Shown here: in pieces, positions 1 to 11,908 of the stretch | Position numbering within the stretch: position 1 is the first letter of the stretch | Layout of the letters: each line of letters begins with the position of its first letter | Source: the human T2T-CHM13v2.0 reference genome, Homo sapiens | DNA: 64,000 bases | Assembly: GCF_009914755.1 (NCBI RefSeq) | Contig: NC_060934.1 | Direction: 5' to 3' (one strand) | The notes under the pieces: generated by a model | Databases searched by the model: none | What the model was told of the DNA's origin: nothing | What the model saw: the letters and a program-made list of their open reading frames with translations, nothing else | Translations under genes and position numbers: made by a program

Positions 1-384
1 CTCCCAGGTGATGCCGCTGCTGCCGGTCATGGACCCGGTTGGGGGAGTAAGGTGTTGAACCACCACCCTCATTTTGGAGGAAAATGAGGCCCAAAGAAGG
101 AAAAGATTTGCCTAAAGTCACAGAGCTAGGGCAAGGCAGAGCCAGGTGTCCTGACTTCTATCCAAAGTCCTTTCTGCTCTCATGCTCTGCTGATGAATCC
201 ATCTGTGTGATTCTCCCAAATCCCTATGACATTGACGTCTTCAGTAACAAGGCTCTGCTGCTTTCTTCTCTTTTATTTATTTTCTTTTTTCCCCCAAGTC
301 CTGGGTACTTTGAAGACATATGGGGGTAAAATTCAATGAAACCAAAGTTCAGCACTTTCTTTTCACCTATGTTTAAGTATGGCC

Positions 385-520
385 GGCCTGCCTTCTTGCC
401 TGCCTGCCTGCCCTCCCTCCCTCCCTCCTTCCTTCCTTCCTTTTCCTTCCTTTCTTTCTCCCTCCCTCCTTCGCTTTCCTCCTACCTCCATCCCTCATTT
501 CCTCACTTCCTTCCTTCTCA
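385..520. repeat. Polypyrimidine simple repeat (CCTG/CCCT/CCTT)n
   Basis: Seen directly. Confidence 0.9.
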
Positions 521-1606
521 CCCACACCATGACTCCACTTTTGCCAGAAGATTCCTTTGCTTGTAATTCTCACTGGCTCTTGACATCACATGAGGCAACC
601 TTTTCTCTGTGGATCTGGTTGACGGTAATTGGGTTGCTTTGGTCACAGATTAGGTGACACTCAGAGGGTTTTACTTCCTTTGTGAAGGCATGACAGCGAA
701 ATCACTTCCTGTTTGCTCGGGAAGGGCCACCTTGGAGTGGGAGAAAAGGTGTGGTGGCCATTAAACCCTTACCTTCCTTCCCCTTCATCCCTGATTAACC
801 ACATGGAGCCCGGGTGAATGCGACTCCCACATGTTATACTCCTGAAAGGCAAAGTGCTTAGAATACATGCTTTGGAGCCTCACGGGCTTGAATTGTGGAT
901 AACCTGAGCATGCTATAAAACCCCTGAGTCTCCATTTCCTCATCTCTAAAATAATTGTCATGAGGACCAGAGATGCAAATTATCTGACACATTGTAGATG
1001 TTCAAAATAAGAATTGTCAATCTCCCTCACAAAATGCCAGCCTCTCGTACTCCAGTTTATGCCTGAATGTGTAAATCCACAAGATCAGTGCACGCGGTGG
1101 ATTTCTACTGCATATCACAGATGAAATAGGCTCGTTTTCATACACTTATAGTCTACAGTGTAAAATTTCAATGAAGCCAAATTTTAATGCTTTCTTTTCA
1201 AGAGAATATTTTTTTTTGAAGCCACAGATCTAATTTCGACCAAAGTGACACCATCACTCTGTAACAATCTTATGTCTGTTGCTAGATTAATGCTTCATTT
1301 TATTATTTGCACTACTATATTCTTTCATAAAATCCATTGCTAATTTTTCTACCAGGCTTTCCTCTGTATATGTTACTATGGAATTACATCTCTCAGATAT
1401 GACCTTTTTCTTATCTAAAAATATTTCAGAGGAAACTAACTTGATTTTCTTGGCTTCATTTTCAGCCCCTATAAAAATGTTTTCTACAAAATATGTTTTT
1501 TTAATTCTTCCTTTCAAAATTCAATATATTTATAAAGTTTTTTTCTGACCATTGAATACATTATTTTATATCTGGAGAATAAACAGGATACAGCACTGCT
1601 TATTAC

Positions 1607-1915
1607 ATTTATTTATTTATTTATTTATTTATTTATTTTGGGATAGGGTCTTGCTCTGTTGCCAAGGCTGGAGTGCGGTGGTGCAATCACTGCAGCCTTG
1701 ACCTCTTGTGCTCAAGTGATCCTCCCACCTCAGCCTCCCGAGTAGCTAGGAACACAGGTGTGCACCACCCTGCAGCTATTTTTTTACATTTTTTTAATAC
1801 ATACTGGATCTCGCCATATCGCCCAGGCTGGTCTTGAGCTCCCGGATGCAAGTGATTCTCCCACCTCAACCTCCCAAAGTGCTGGGATTACAGGTGTGAG
1901 CGCAGGCACCTGGCC
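1607..1915 (-). mobile_element. AluJ-type element with (TTTA)n tail
   Basis: Alu antisense sequence with gtcttgctctgttgcc...caagtgatcctcccacctcagcc...tggcc. Confidence 0.9.
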
Positions 1916-2619
1916 ATTTAATACATTTTGATGGCAAAAAAAGTAAAACTTAATGGATAATATTTCTGCACCCAAACTAAAGTAGGAACTTAAACAATGT
2001 ATTGCTATCTGAAATTACAGAAAATGTTTGGTTCTTTTTCAGGTTTGAATATAAATATGAACACATATTTTTGAAGTTTATTTTTTTTCTTATTTACAGT
2101 TAAAATTTCAGTTGATGAAAAGATGGTCCCTGTACTTGGTAATTTTTGTCTCTAAACACTAAAATGATCATAACTCTATTAATACTGTTAGGATCATATT
2201 TATTTTTCATTTAACTTCCTTACTCTTTACAGGAAAATTTTATGAGCTTGTAGGTGTGTATGTGCAGACACAGGTGTGTGTGTGGATACACATGCACTTT
2301 GTGGGTTGAAATCCCAAAATTCACTTTCCAAAACCTTACCCAGAAGATATTTACCCTTATTCATAGTTCAAACAAGCATGGTTATCTTGCTTCCAATATT
2401 ACAGCAATAAATATGATGAGGAGAGTGACCAGCCTAGACCAGCATACTACAGTCACAGAGAAACAGAAGCCTGTGGTGTTTAACATTCACTAAGCATCTT
2501 CTATGTGTCAAACAGAGCAGAAAATTGAAAGATGCAGTCACCACAGGCTGATATAAAGGCAAATCATTCTACACATGTCTGTGGGCATGATACCACCAAC
2601 AGAATATAGATTTTATTTT

Positions 2620-3165
2620 TTATTCTTTTTATTTTTCAAATCAACCTTTTTGAAGTATAATTTCTATACAATAAACTGCATGCATCCATGAGTTTTGTCT
2701 AACATACACAACTGTGTAGCGACCACCACCATCAGGATAGAGAGCATTTCCATCATCCCAGGAAGTTCCCTCATGCCCTTTCTCAGTAAATCTCTCCCAC
2801 CTTCTCCAGGCAAACACTGATCTGCCTTCTGTCACTATAGAATAGGTTTGTTTTTCTAGAATGTCATATAAATGGAATCAAATAACATGTGCTGTCGTGT
2901 TTCTAACTCCTTTCACTTCAAATGTTTTTCAGATCCATAAAGGAACAAATGTATTGGTCATTTGTGACTTTTTTTTACTGCGCAGTGTTATTCCACTGTG
3001 TGCCTATACCATGATTTACCCCTTCTCCTGCAGATGGGCACCTGGATGGTTTCTGGATTTGGGCTGTTGTGGAGGCTTCTGCTGTGTCCAAATCTTTCTG
3101 TGGACATGCACATTCGTTCATCTTGAGTAAATACCAAATGGAAGAGCTGGGTTGTACAATATGGT
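2620..3165 (-). mobile_element. Old L1M 3' fragment
   Basis: L1M 3'UTR motifs (atttccatcatcccaggaagttccc, catataaatggaatca). Confidence 0.75.
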
Positions 3166-3441
3166 TTTTAGAGCGAACGTATGAGCTCTTCACCATCAAG
3201 AGTAAAAGTAATTTCACTGGATACATGTTTGATGAGTCAAGGCAGTGCCTCGTTTTAGAACAACTGTCTCCTAAATATTTGGAAGTGTTTTGGTTTTTTG
3301 TTTTGCCTGTTTGCTTTGTTTTCTTTGGGTTTTTATATTTTTGCTTGAAGACTAAGTTCTTAGGTACCTGGAAAACTAGGCTTGCCCACAAGGACCATTC
3401 CTTGAGGGCTTCAGATAATTAAGGCTTTACTGTATGAGAGA

Positions 3442-3443
<2 letters not shown>

Positions 3444-3473
<30 letters not shown>
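3444..3473. repeat. (GT)n microsatellite
   Basis: Seen directly. Confidence 0.95.
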
Positions 3474-3474
<1 letters not shown>

Positions 3475-3596
3475 GGAGAACAACAAAACCAGAAACAGTT
3501 CGTATTGCAAATAGCAAGTGGCACCCTGCGATCCTGTCCAGGATGGAAACCTGACCTCGAGTTTCTTCCCACCTGACCGCTTCTCTCACCATGCAG

Positions 3597-3908
3597 AGCC
3601 GCCCCTGCGCCTGGCGGGCGGGCGGAGCCGCTGTGAGGGCCGGGTAGAGCTGCGGCACCAGGGCGTGTGGGGCACGGTGTGCGACGACCACTGGAACATC
3701 AGGAACGCCCGTGTGGTGTGCCGCCTCCTGGGTTGCGGCCGTGCTCTGGGCGCCCCGGGCCGCGGCCGCTTTGGCCAGGGCACCGGGCCCATCCTGCTGG
3801 ACGACGTGCGCTGCACCGGCCACGAGAACGCGCTGGAGCGCTGCACCCACTCGGGCTGGGCCCGGCACAACTGCCAGCACCGCGAGGACGCGGGCGTGGT
3901 GTGCGCAG
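3597..3908 (+). CDS. DMBT1L1: DMBT1L1 exon: group B SRCR domain (8 Cys)
   Basis: atgcag|AGCCG...GCAG|gtatcg; encodes [15 protein letters not shown]...WGTVCDDHW...VVCRLLGCG...LDDVRC...[14 protein letters not shown]; 312 nt, phase 1-1. Confidence 0.93.
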
Positions 3909-5351
3909 GTATCGCGTCCTCTGCCCACCCTGCCTTTCCTCTCCTCACATTCCTGGGGTCCAAATTCACCATCCTGGGGATATCAGGTGCGGCCAGGGTC
4001 CCAGATCCTATGGTACCGAGGGCATGTTGGTTAGGTACACTTGCTGGTAAACGTTTTAATCATCCAGGCTTGGGGGCGCACTCGTCACTTTTGTCCAACT
4101 CCACTTCAGCTCAGTATTGGTTCTGAAATACAGTTAAACGATGATGGGGTCAAAGGAAGGAGTGGCGGTGTAACAAAATGACTAAGGCCGTCGAACTTGC
4201 TGCTGTTTGTCTACGATTTGTCCAGTCCCTCTTTCCATCTCGGAGGAGGGCTTCAAGAGCATAGTCCTGGTTAGACACTCCTCCTCACCTGGCCCTAACC
4301 CTCAGAAGTCAGAAAGACACCCCAGGGTGTCCCTGGCTCCTCTGATGTCCCTTTCATCCAAGATTTGGCCTATACCTTTCCTGGAATGTATTTTGTCACC
4401 CAATATCTGTCTGGGCATTCTGACTTCAAGAGGTTGACTACCTTCTGTATGGAGCAGTGCTTCTTTATATGTGCCCTAAACTTACCCTAAACGTCAAGGA
4501 GTTATGGAATTCTAAGATTTGAAACACAAGTCTGAGCTCAACTTGTCTATTCCATTCTTAGTTTTTTATGGGTAAATCAAAGGAATTGTTGCCATTGCTT
4601 TTGCCTTTGTAGATGGTGCCTTGTTTTGCATAGACATGGGACCCAACTAGAAAAGCTGTCAGAGGCCCCTGAAGACAGACATGAATCACACCCAGCCAAG
4701 GAGTATGAATGTGTGCTAGGGTCATGGGGCCCTCACCTTCCAGATCCTTGTTTTGATTATGTCAGTTCCTGGTTCCAGCTATTCCTGATGCTGTCAGGGG
4801 ACCGATTCTAAATGACGATCCATTTTCCATTCTTGGATTATATACCAAGTGGATCCTTTGGACATTCACTGAGGGGTTAAGTGAACTTAGCTGGCCATGC
4901 TTCCTGGGCTGGGTGTTGGCTCTGGGGTACTGTCCTGCCTTGCTTCTGAGCTGGAGAAGACTTTGATATCTGCAAATTACATCTTTCCCAGCTTGAGGCT
5001 CCAAGCGTGTCACGTGCTTGGGAAAGGACACCAATCAGTGTTCATACACAGGATAGCATTATAACCTTAGAAGCCATGTGTCTACTATTCTCTTGCTCCA
5101 ATAAATCTTGGAATTGATGATATATGTATTCTCAACTCTAGTTCACACATGCCAGGCTCCAGCTCCCTCAGGAGGCCCTGGGCCCTCCTTTCCTTTGCAT
5201 GCTCTGGAAAATTCTCATGCCACTGTACCCCAGCTTTAGTAGTGAAATCAAATGAGCCCATTCCCCTACACTTCATGTCTACTACCAGCTACATTATCCT
5301 CTTGCAGTGTTCCAACACAGTTGACATTTGTTTTCATCCTTCTCTCACCAG

Positions 5352-5384
5352 GTCTGGCTGACTCTCTTGTACCTAAGGACAATG
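5352..5384 (+). CDS. DMBT1L1: DMBT1L1 33-nt linker exon (GLADSLVPKDN)
   Basis: Pyrimidine tract ...ctcaccag|GTCTGG...AATG|gtaaag; phase 1-1, keeps the frame between SRCR and ZP exons. Confidence 0.7.
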
Positions 5385-5906
5385 GTAAAGTCTTCCCTCT
5401 AGCGTCTGAGGCTAAGGATGCTGATGGGGGAGCTGAGAGAACAGCCAAGCAGGGGAGAAAGAACAGGCTGTGATGGGGACCCGCTTCTGTGTTTACACTG
5501 AGATCTCTGGATTTCCACCCACTCGCTGGGTTTTAGGAGGTTGGGAAAAAGCCCCTTTGCACCCAGGCTCCCTTTCTTCAACTTACCTCCATACAAAGAC
5601 CCAGATAGATCGTGTTCAGGTGCACAGTTCTCAACATGAGAAATGAGCCATGCATGGAATGTGGGCTATGGGTAGGATTCCCCATGGGTGTGGGGTGACC
5701 TCAAAGCCTTCTTGGAAAAGGGTTGGTATAAGTAAAATTAATGAAAGTCAAGTCAAGGGTGGGATATGAGGAGAGCTGAGCCAGCTCCAGCTCAGGGCAT
5801 TGTTCATGGTAGTTTAATGAAGTAAAGATATACACGCACCCAGGACCTACATGACCAGTGAACCAGTTTCTCTTTGTGAGGATTTCTTCATCTTCCCCTC
5901 CTGCAG

Positions 5907-6082
5907 CCCAGCTATCCTGCTTGCCTCACCTCTTCCAAGCCGTCATTGACCGAGGCTATCTCCGGAGGCTGGGCTACTCCTCCTGGGACATCCACTTAAA
6001 TGATGAGCTATGTCGCCCCAAAGTCATGGGACGCTGCCTGATCTTCAACATTCCCTATGGCCACTGTGGCACTATCCAGCAG
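5907..6082 (+). CDS. DMBT1L1: DMBT1L1 ZP-N exon 1
   Basis: ctgcag|CCCAG...CAGCAG|gtagga; QLSCLPHLFQAVIDRGYL...LNDELCRP...FNIPYGHCGTIQQ aligns with CUZD1 LTCSSDRMRVIISKSYL...LKDPTCRP...FSVPLNGCGTIRK. Confidence 0.9.
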
Positions 6083-6311
6083 GTAGGACACTTCCCAGGT
6101 GGTGCTACCCTTCTGCAGATGAGGCCCAGGTGAAAAATTTGGGAAATTCAACCACCTATTAAAAATCTGTGTAAGGACAGAGGAAAAGTGCAAACCATAA
6201 CTTCATTTCTGAGTTTGGTAAGACAGAGAGCAGCTCATTAGTTTGTCTGAAACTTTCCTTCCTTTGGGGAATTTGGGATACACAATAACAAGTATTGAGT
6301 GCTGATGGGCT

Positions 6312-6348
6312 GATGGATGTGTGGATGGATGGATGGATGGATGGATGG
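6312..6348. repeat. (GGAT)n microsatellite
   Basis: Seen directly. Confidence 0.85.
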
Positions 6349-7114
6349 TATATTCTTTTCACTCCAGAGGCAATGTATTTTCCACACATGCCTCTTGATT
6401 GAGCATTGGTGTACACCTACCATGTGCAAGCTATGGTGACAGGCATGAGGGAAGACAGATTGTCCACTTGCCCATCTGACTGCTAGGTTTCTAAGCAGGT
6501 AACTGCATTCCATGATCAAGAAAGCAAACCTTTAGGACATTTATAAATCATGACATATATATGTTTATTTAGTTTTCCTTGACTACTGGTTTATTTCACA
6601 AAACAATGGTATTGAAATTAAGGAAACAAGTACACGAGAGATATAGGGAGAGTGTATAACCACAGAATATTTTTTTCTCAGTATTTAAACAGGATAACCT
6701 GTTCCCAAGCAAGATCCCCATACTGCTTCTCCATTCTTGTACATCCCCTGATTAGACACAAACATGAGGCCAGGAAACCCTTGGCATTGTTAGAGGTTGA
6801 AGTCATTCACATTTTATCTATTTCATTGTACAGATCGTAGTCATTCCTATCCTTTTTGCTTTGACAATTCTACTTTTTAACCTCAGAAGTTTCTGCCCCA
6901 GGATCCATGCCCCCTGTGTCTGGGAAGTGGGCACCCTCAGGGAAGCCTCTGGGCCATCAGGGAAGACCCTGCAAATGTTCTCTTTCGCCTGGCTGGCTCA
7001 GCTTCCCCTGAAAACCCCATGAGCTGACCAGGGTGCTGGGGTAGCAGTCAGCAGGATCAGAGAGCACTGATAAGGAAAACACTGCTGCACAGAGGTCCAT
7101 GTCTGCTTTCAGAG

Positions 7115-7530
7115 TCAGTGGATGGGTCACCTTCTAGGTGCTGGGGACACAGCAGCCGCAAGACTGACAGAGCCCCTGGTCCATGGCCCTTACATTCACG
7201 AAAAGGGGGACAGGATCAGACCAAACACCCAAACCAGGGTCCTTTTTATACCAAAAGAGGTTACGAAGACAGTAAAACAAGGGAGGGGTAGAAGAGTCAT
7301 TTGGGGTGGAAGGGAAGCCGTGTTGAATAGGCTGGTGGCTGGGAAGCTGAGCCTGCCCTGGGGTGGGGCAGCCAGGCAGAGGATGTGGGGATCAGCCAGG
7401 GCTGAGGTCCTGAGGCAGCCGCAGCCTTGGGGCTTTCAAGAAGAGACTGGAGGCCAGGAAGCCCAAGATCAGAGTGGAAGAAGGGCAGGACCATGTGGGT
7501 GAGGAGTTTGACTTTTATTCTAAGTCAGAG
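7115..7530 (-). mobile_element. L2 fragment
   Basis: ctaggtgctggggacacagca...gaggagtttgacttttattctaag L2 motifs. Confidence 0.65.
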
Positions 7531-8432
7531 ATTCTCAAGGAGGGTAATGTCACCCTTATGGGCAGCAGGGAAGATAGATATTGGTTCTTAGAGGCAAAAA
7601 TTATAATATCTTTCTTTCTAGCTCAAGCACAGATACACATCTGGTATATAAACACTATACTTGTATTACAACTCATAGTCAGGGTTTGAGAGAGGCCAGG
7701 ATGAGTAAGATGTCTACAAAGGCTCCTTAGTGGGACCATGGTGGAAGAAAGTTGACAAACATTGGTCTAAGCTGACAGGGCAGTTCTTGGAGTTTCCAAG
7801 CAGAATGTCACAGGATCTGAGTCCCACAAGCTGAGGCTTCTTTGAACAAATGTTCCCGGGCAGGCTAAGCCTCTAGGCATCTACACAGGGCATGAGAGGC
7901 AGGGACCCCTGCCTGTTGGCCCCAGCACAACCTTACCTCCTGCAAGTCCTGTTGGATTTGAAGGCTGGGAGTGAAGTTCAGCAGGGCCAGGCCCACAGCT
8001 CACATGGAGCCAGTACTGGTCTGGAGTCAAGGGCAAGGAAGAGACCAAAGAGAGGACAAGAGCTCTGGGGATGGTGGGGTTGGCCTTTGGGAGCCTGCAG
8101 GAATCGAGCTTGTGGGGGAATTCAGCAGAAGGGGAGCTCAGAGCAGCTGGACCTGCCACCCCAGCTCACAGCTAGCACAACAGCTTAATCCTCACAGGAT
8201 GGCAGGGACAGTCCAGACTTGCCCACTGGGGGCTCCCTGCGTGCACCCCACATGTCATGTCACCCCTTTGTGGTGTTAAGTATCACAGAGGTCTGGCCCC
8301 GGGAGGTCTTCCCTCCTGCAGGTCAGCAAGCTGGTGCCAAGTGGGGTGGGAAGGAGAGGTCTCAGCTCATGGAGGCAGGTGCTTGTCAGGGAGCCAAGAG
8401 TGCTGCCCACAACTCTTCTCTCATCCTCACAG

Positions 8433-8815
8433 GAGCACCTTGGCTCCCTCAGCTACTCTAACTCCATCAGAGGCCGGAAACGGGGCCACCCTGGCCGAGT
8501 CATTGTGCGGCACAAGGTGCCCAAGCTGAAGTTCACCTGTAGGGCGGACGGCCCATCCACAGTTGAAATCATTCATGGGGATGACGCCCCAACAGAGGGT
8601 GCTGGCTACACCGTGTCTATATCCTTCCTCCAGTCCCCTGAGTCCCAGCATGTGGGAGGCATGGTGCCCTACTATGACAGCCAGAGGAAAGAGGTCTTCC
8701 TCCAAGCCACCCTCCACAGCCCCAATCCCAACCTGATGCTCTTCGTGGATACCTGTGTGGCTTCTCCTGATCCCCATGATTTTACAGCCATCAAGTATGA
8801 TTTGATCCGGCAGGG
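8433..8815 (+). CDS. DMBT1L1: DMBT1L1 ZP exon 2
   Basis: ctcacag|GAGCAC...CAGGG|gtaagg; LHSPNPNLMLFVDTCVASPDPHDFTAIKYDLIRQG is a ZP-C motif. Confidence 0.9.
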
Positions 8816-9659
8816 GTAAGGAAGATGGAAGGCCCTCTGGGGTGGACTGTTATATTCACCTGCTGTGCCTTTAGGGAACCTGTGGCTTCTCAAGTGGTAT
8901 TCCTACATCAGAACTTTGTGCAGACTCCTCACTGTGTCTCAGGCACAGTGGGGGCCCTCAACATCATCTGATCACAAGTGGGGACAAATAGTTATAGGCA
9001 GGCAGTTATAGACACCTTCCCTTAACTCCCCACAGTCCTAGGGAGGGCTCTTGCTGCCCTGGGCTCTGCTGCCTCACTTCACCCTTTCATGTCCATGCCT
9101 CCTTTCCTTCCAGCCCCTTCCAGCCGTATGACTTCACTGGACTCCCCATTCATAGTGCAGGCCCTCGGGGCATTGGCCTACACTGATGAACTAATAGGTT
9201 ATCCCAAGCTAAGATCTTAGTTATACTTGTGAGACTTATTCTGGCTCCTTTGGTTAACCAAAAGATTTGCCAAGTTAGAACTTCGGCCAGTTGTTTGCGT
9301 TTATAGCTCTCTTGTCCCCTAACAGAGGCAAAGTGCTTATAGATGGGCAGTTCGCAACAAGTTTGAAAACAACAAAAATCCATCACTTACTACTCAATGG
9401 CAGTTTTAGAGTGGTGAGGACCACGGCACCCTAAAGTCCATGGAGAGCACTGTGGTACCTGTTTCCAAAAGCCAGGGGACGGACAGGACACAGCATCTTC
9501 CACAGGCAGTGTGAGCCATGGTGTGAGAGGTGCACAGAGGTGGCACTAAACTGCATTGAGCCACAGAGTGAGAAAGCTCTTCCCTTTCAACCCCACTTAT
9601 AAATATATCAGGCAAGAGGCTCTGTTTGGTGCCAGAATTTAACAACGGACATTTTTTTC

Positions 9660-10830
9660 TTCTGCTTTCTTCAGCCTTAATTTGTGCTTCTTCCTCTAGT
9701 TTTCAAAGCTTAGACTATAGATTTTAGATATTTCTTCTTTTCTAAAATATGTGTTTTATAAATTTCCCTCTAAGCACTGCTTTAGCTGCATTCCACAAAT
9801 TTTTGATAACTTGTATATTCATTATCACTTAGCTCAAAATATTTTTTAATTTCTCTTTTGAGATTTATTTGACCCATGGGTTATTTAGAAATGTTTTGTT
9901 TAATTTCCAAACATTTGGGAATTTTCCAGGAATTGTTCTTATTCAATTTTGAGTTTAATTCCACGATTCTGATAATGTATTTTGTGTGATTTTTGTTCTT
10001 TTAAATTTGTTAAGGTGTCTTTTATGGCCCAGAATGTGGTCTGTCCTGATGAATATTCCATGTGGGCTCGAGAAGAATGTGTGTTCTGCTGTTGCTGGAT
10101 GGAGGGCTCTATAAATGTCAATTTGATCTAGTGGATTGGGAGTGCTGTTTAGGTCATCTATATCCTCACTGATTTTCTTCATGCTGGATCTGTCAACTAC
10201 TGTTGGAGGAGTTTTGAAGTATCTGGCTATTATAGTGGATTTGTTGATTTTCTTTGCAGTTCTATCTAAAACTGTGTTACGTGCTTACATAAGAAAAATT
10301 ATTGTGTCTTCTTGGAGGACTGATCACTTTGTTTTCATATAATACCCCTCTTGCTTCCTGATAATTACCCTGGCTCTGAAGTTTATTTTCTTCTGAAATT
10401 GATGTAGCTACTCCACCTTTCTTTTGATTAGTATTTGCACGGTATATCTTTCTTCATCTCTTTACTTTTAACTTACCTGTGTCTTTATATTTAAAGTGGG
10501 TTCCTTGTAGACAATAAATAGTTGGGACTTGTTTTTTAATCTACTCTGCTTCTAAATTGCTATATTTAGACCATTTATATTTAAAGTGATTCTTGATATC
10601 ATTGGATTAAAATCTACCATCTCAGTAACTGTTTTCTATTAGTTGTATTTGTTCCTTGTTTGTCTCCTCACACTCTTTTTGCTGCCTTCTCCAGTTTTAA
10701 TTGAGCATTTTATGTGACTCATTTTTTCTCCTCTGAATGCATCACTTCTTAATTTTTTTTTTTTGGTGGTTTCCCTAGGGTTTACTGATGTACATTTTTA
10801 AATAATCCAAGTTTGCCTTCAAATAAAACC
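9660..10830 (-). mobile_element. Old L1M ORF2 fragment
   Basis: Minus-strand ORF LDQIDIYRALHPATAEHTFFSSPHG... matches the L1 endonuclease region. Confidence 0.88.
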
Positions 10831-11145
10831 ACCAACACTTTTCATCTCTCTTTGGACAAAACAGAGTAGGCCTTTTGAAGACAAGAGTTCTACCTAGAAT
10901 TTAATTACTTTTTTTTTGGTTTTATTGTGTTTATTTTCTAGTTCCTTTCTATTTATGTCCAGGAATAGTGGTTTTTCCACTCATAGCAGTGTTAAAAAGT
11001 TTCTTTATGAAAGAAAGAGTGGGTAGTGGGAAGAACTCTATTTGCAAATCAGAGATCTGGGTCCATGCCTGATTATCTGGGTTGCAGTAAACTCATATCG
11101 TGCTTTAAGTTAATCTTTTTGTCCTGGGGTTTTTCTCCCCATCAG

Positions 11146-11437
11146 GTGCATCAAAGACAATACCTACATCAACCTCCATCCCCGCCAGAAGAACATGGCT
11201 CAGTTCAAGTTCAATGTCTTCAGCTTTCTTGACAGCTATGATGTGGTATATCTGCAGTGTAAGGTTGCAGTGTGCAAGGTGGGGGATTATGCCTCTCTCT
11301 GCTCCTGGGGCTGTACAGGACAGAGTAGGAGAGGTGCAGGCCCCATGGAGGCCAAGGAAAAGCAGACTGAGCATTTCCAAATGGTGGGGCCACTGGAGAT
11401 CCACAAAGTCACTGCTCAGAGGAGGACTCTTGAGTGA
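11146..11437 (+). CDS. DMBT1L1: DMBT1L1 terminal ZP exon with stop codon
   Basis: ccatcag|G TGC ATC AAA GAC...; FKFNVFSFL...VYLQCKVAVC...GC..SRR...VGPLEI...TGA at 11435-11437. Confidence 0.88.
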
Positions 11438-11833
11438 TTTCTGCAATTTTCATGTAAATCTGTAGAAAGCAAAGTCTATTTCTCTTCAGTAATGTTTGAC
11501 CAATCAGACGCTATCCGCATAGAGACAGGTCAAAGAAACAGCCAGAGGGGATTGCTTCTCTGAGGTTTGTTACTAAACAAATCTTCTCTGATTACTAAAC
11601 TTCTAAGGCAATTACTCTCTTTGCTGCCACAAATGCTACATTTTCTAATTCTTGTCTTAAAGTGTACAAAATGTTACAAAGAGCAGGGTTATCTCTCTAT
11701 ACCGCATTGTCAATTTAAAGATTGTCTTTTTAAGTTGACTGTTTAATCATCAGATGCTATTAAGTGGATCTCTGTTTTTATCCTCTGACGGTACGAGGAT
11801 TTATTTTCAACTCTTGCCAAGAGTCTTAGGTAA

Positions 11834-11839
11834 AATAAA
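11834..11839 (+). terminator. Candidate poly(A) signal of DMBT1L1
   Basis: AATAAA about 400 nt after the stop, followed by GT-rich and T-rich sequence. Confidence 0.55.
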
Positions 11840-11851
11840 ATAAGTGTCTGT

Positions 11852-11908
11852 CACTCATTTTTTTTAACTCCACTCATTTTTTTAAACTCTACTCATTTTT
11901 TAAAACTC
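11852..11908. repeat. 3 x 19-bp tandem repeat
   Basis: cactcaT8A2ctc / cactcaT7A3ctc / tactcaT6A4ctc. Confidence 0.9.

Larger units (their letters stand above)
3597..11437 (+). pseudogene. DMBT1L1: DMBT1-like gene (DMBT1L1/DMBT1P1), 3' portion: SRCR + linker + ZP domain; five exons, open frame in this window
   Basis: Exons 3597-3908, 5352-5384, 5907-6082, 8433-8815 and 11146-11437 have AG/GT boundaries with compatible phases (1,1,1,0,2). The SRCR-ZP architecture without a TM segment is DMBT1-like, and the gene lies tail-to-tail with CUZD1. Name and pseudogene status are from recall. Confidence 0.85.

Noticed and set aside
336-657. ORFs rich in P/S/F or G/R/E
   Set aside because: They are translations of the (CCTT)n simple repeat
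1287-1517. 76-aa minus-strand ORF in AT-rich DNA
   Set aside because: No recognisable domain or splice structure; possibly a transposon fossil, but cannot be supported
3419-4126. Several overlapping 100-200 aa ORFs, and caccATG at 3591
   Set aside because: They are by-products of the GC-rich SRCR exon; the ATG at 3591 is out of frame and stops within 19 codons
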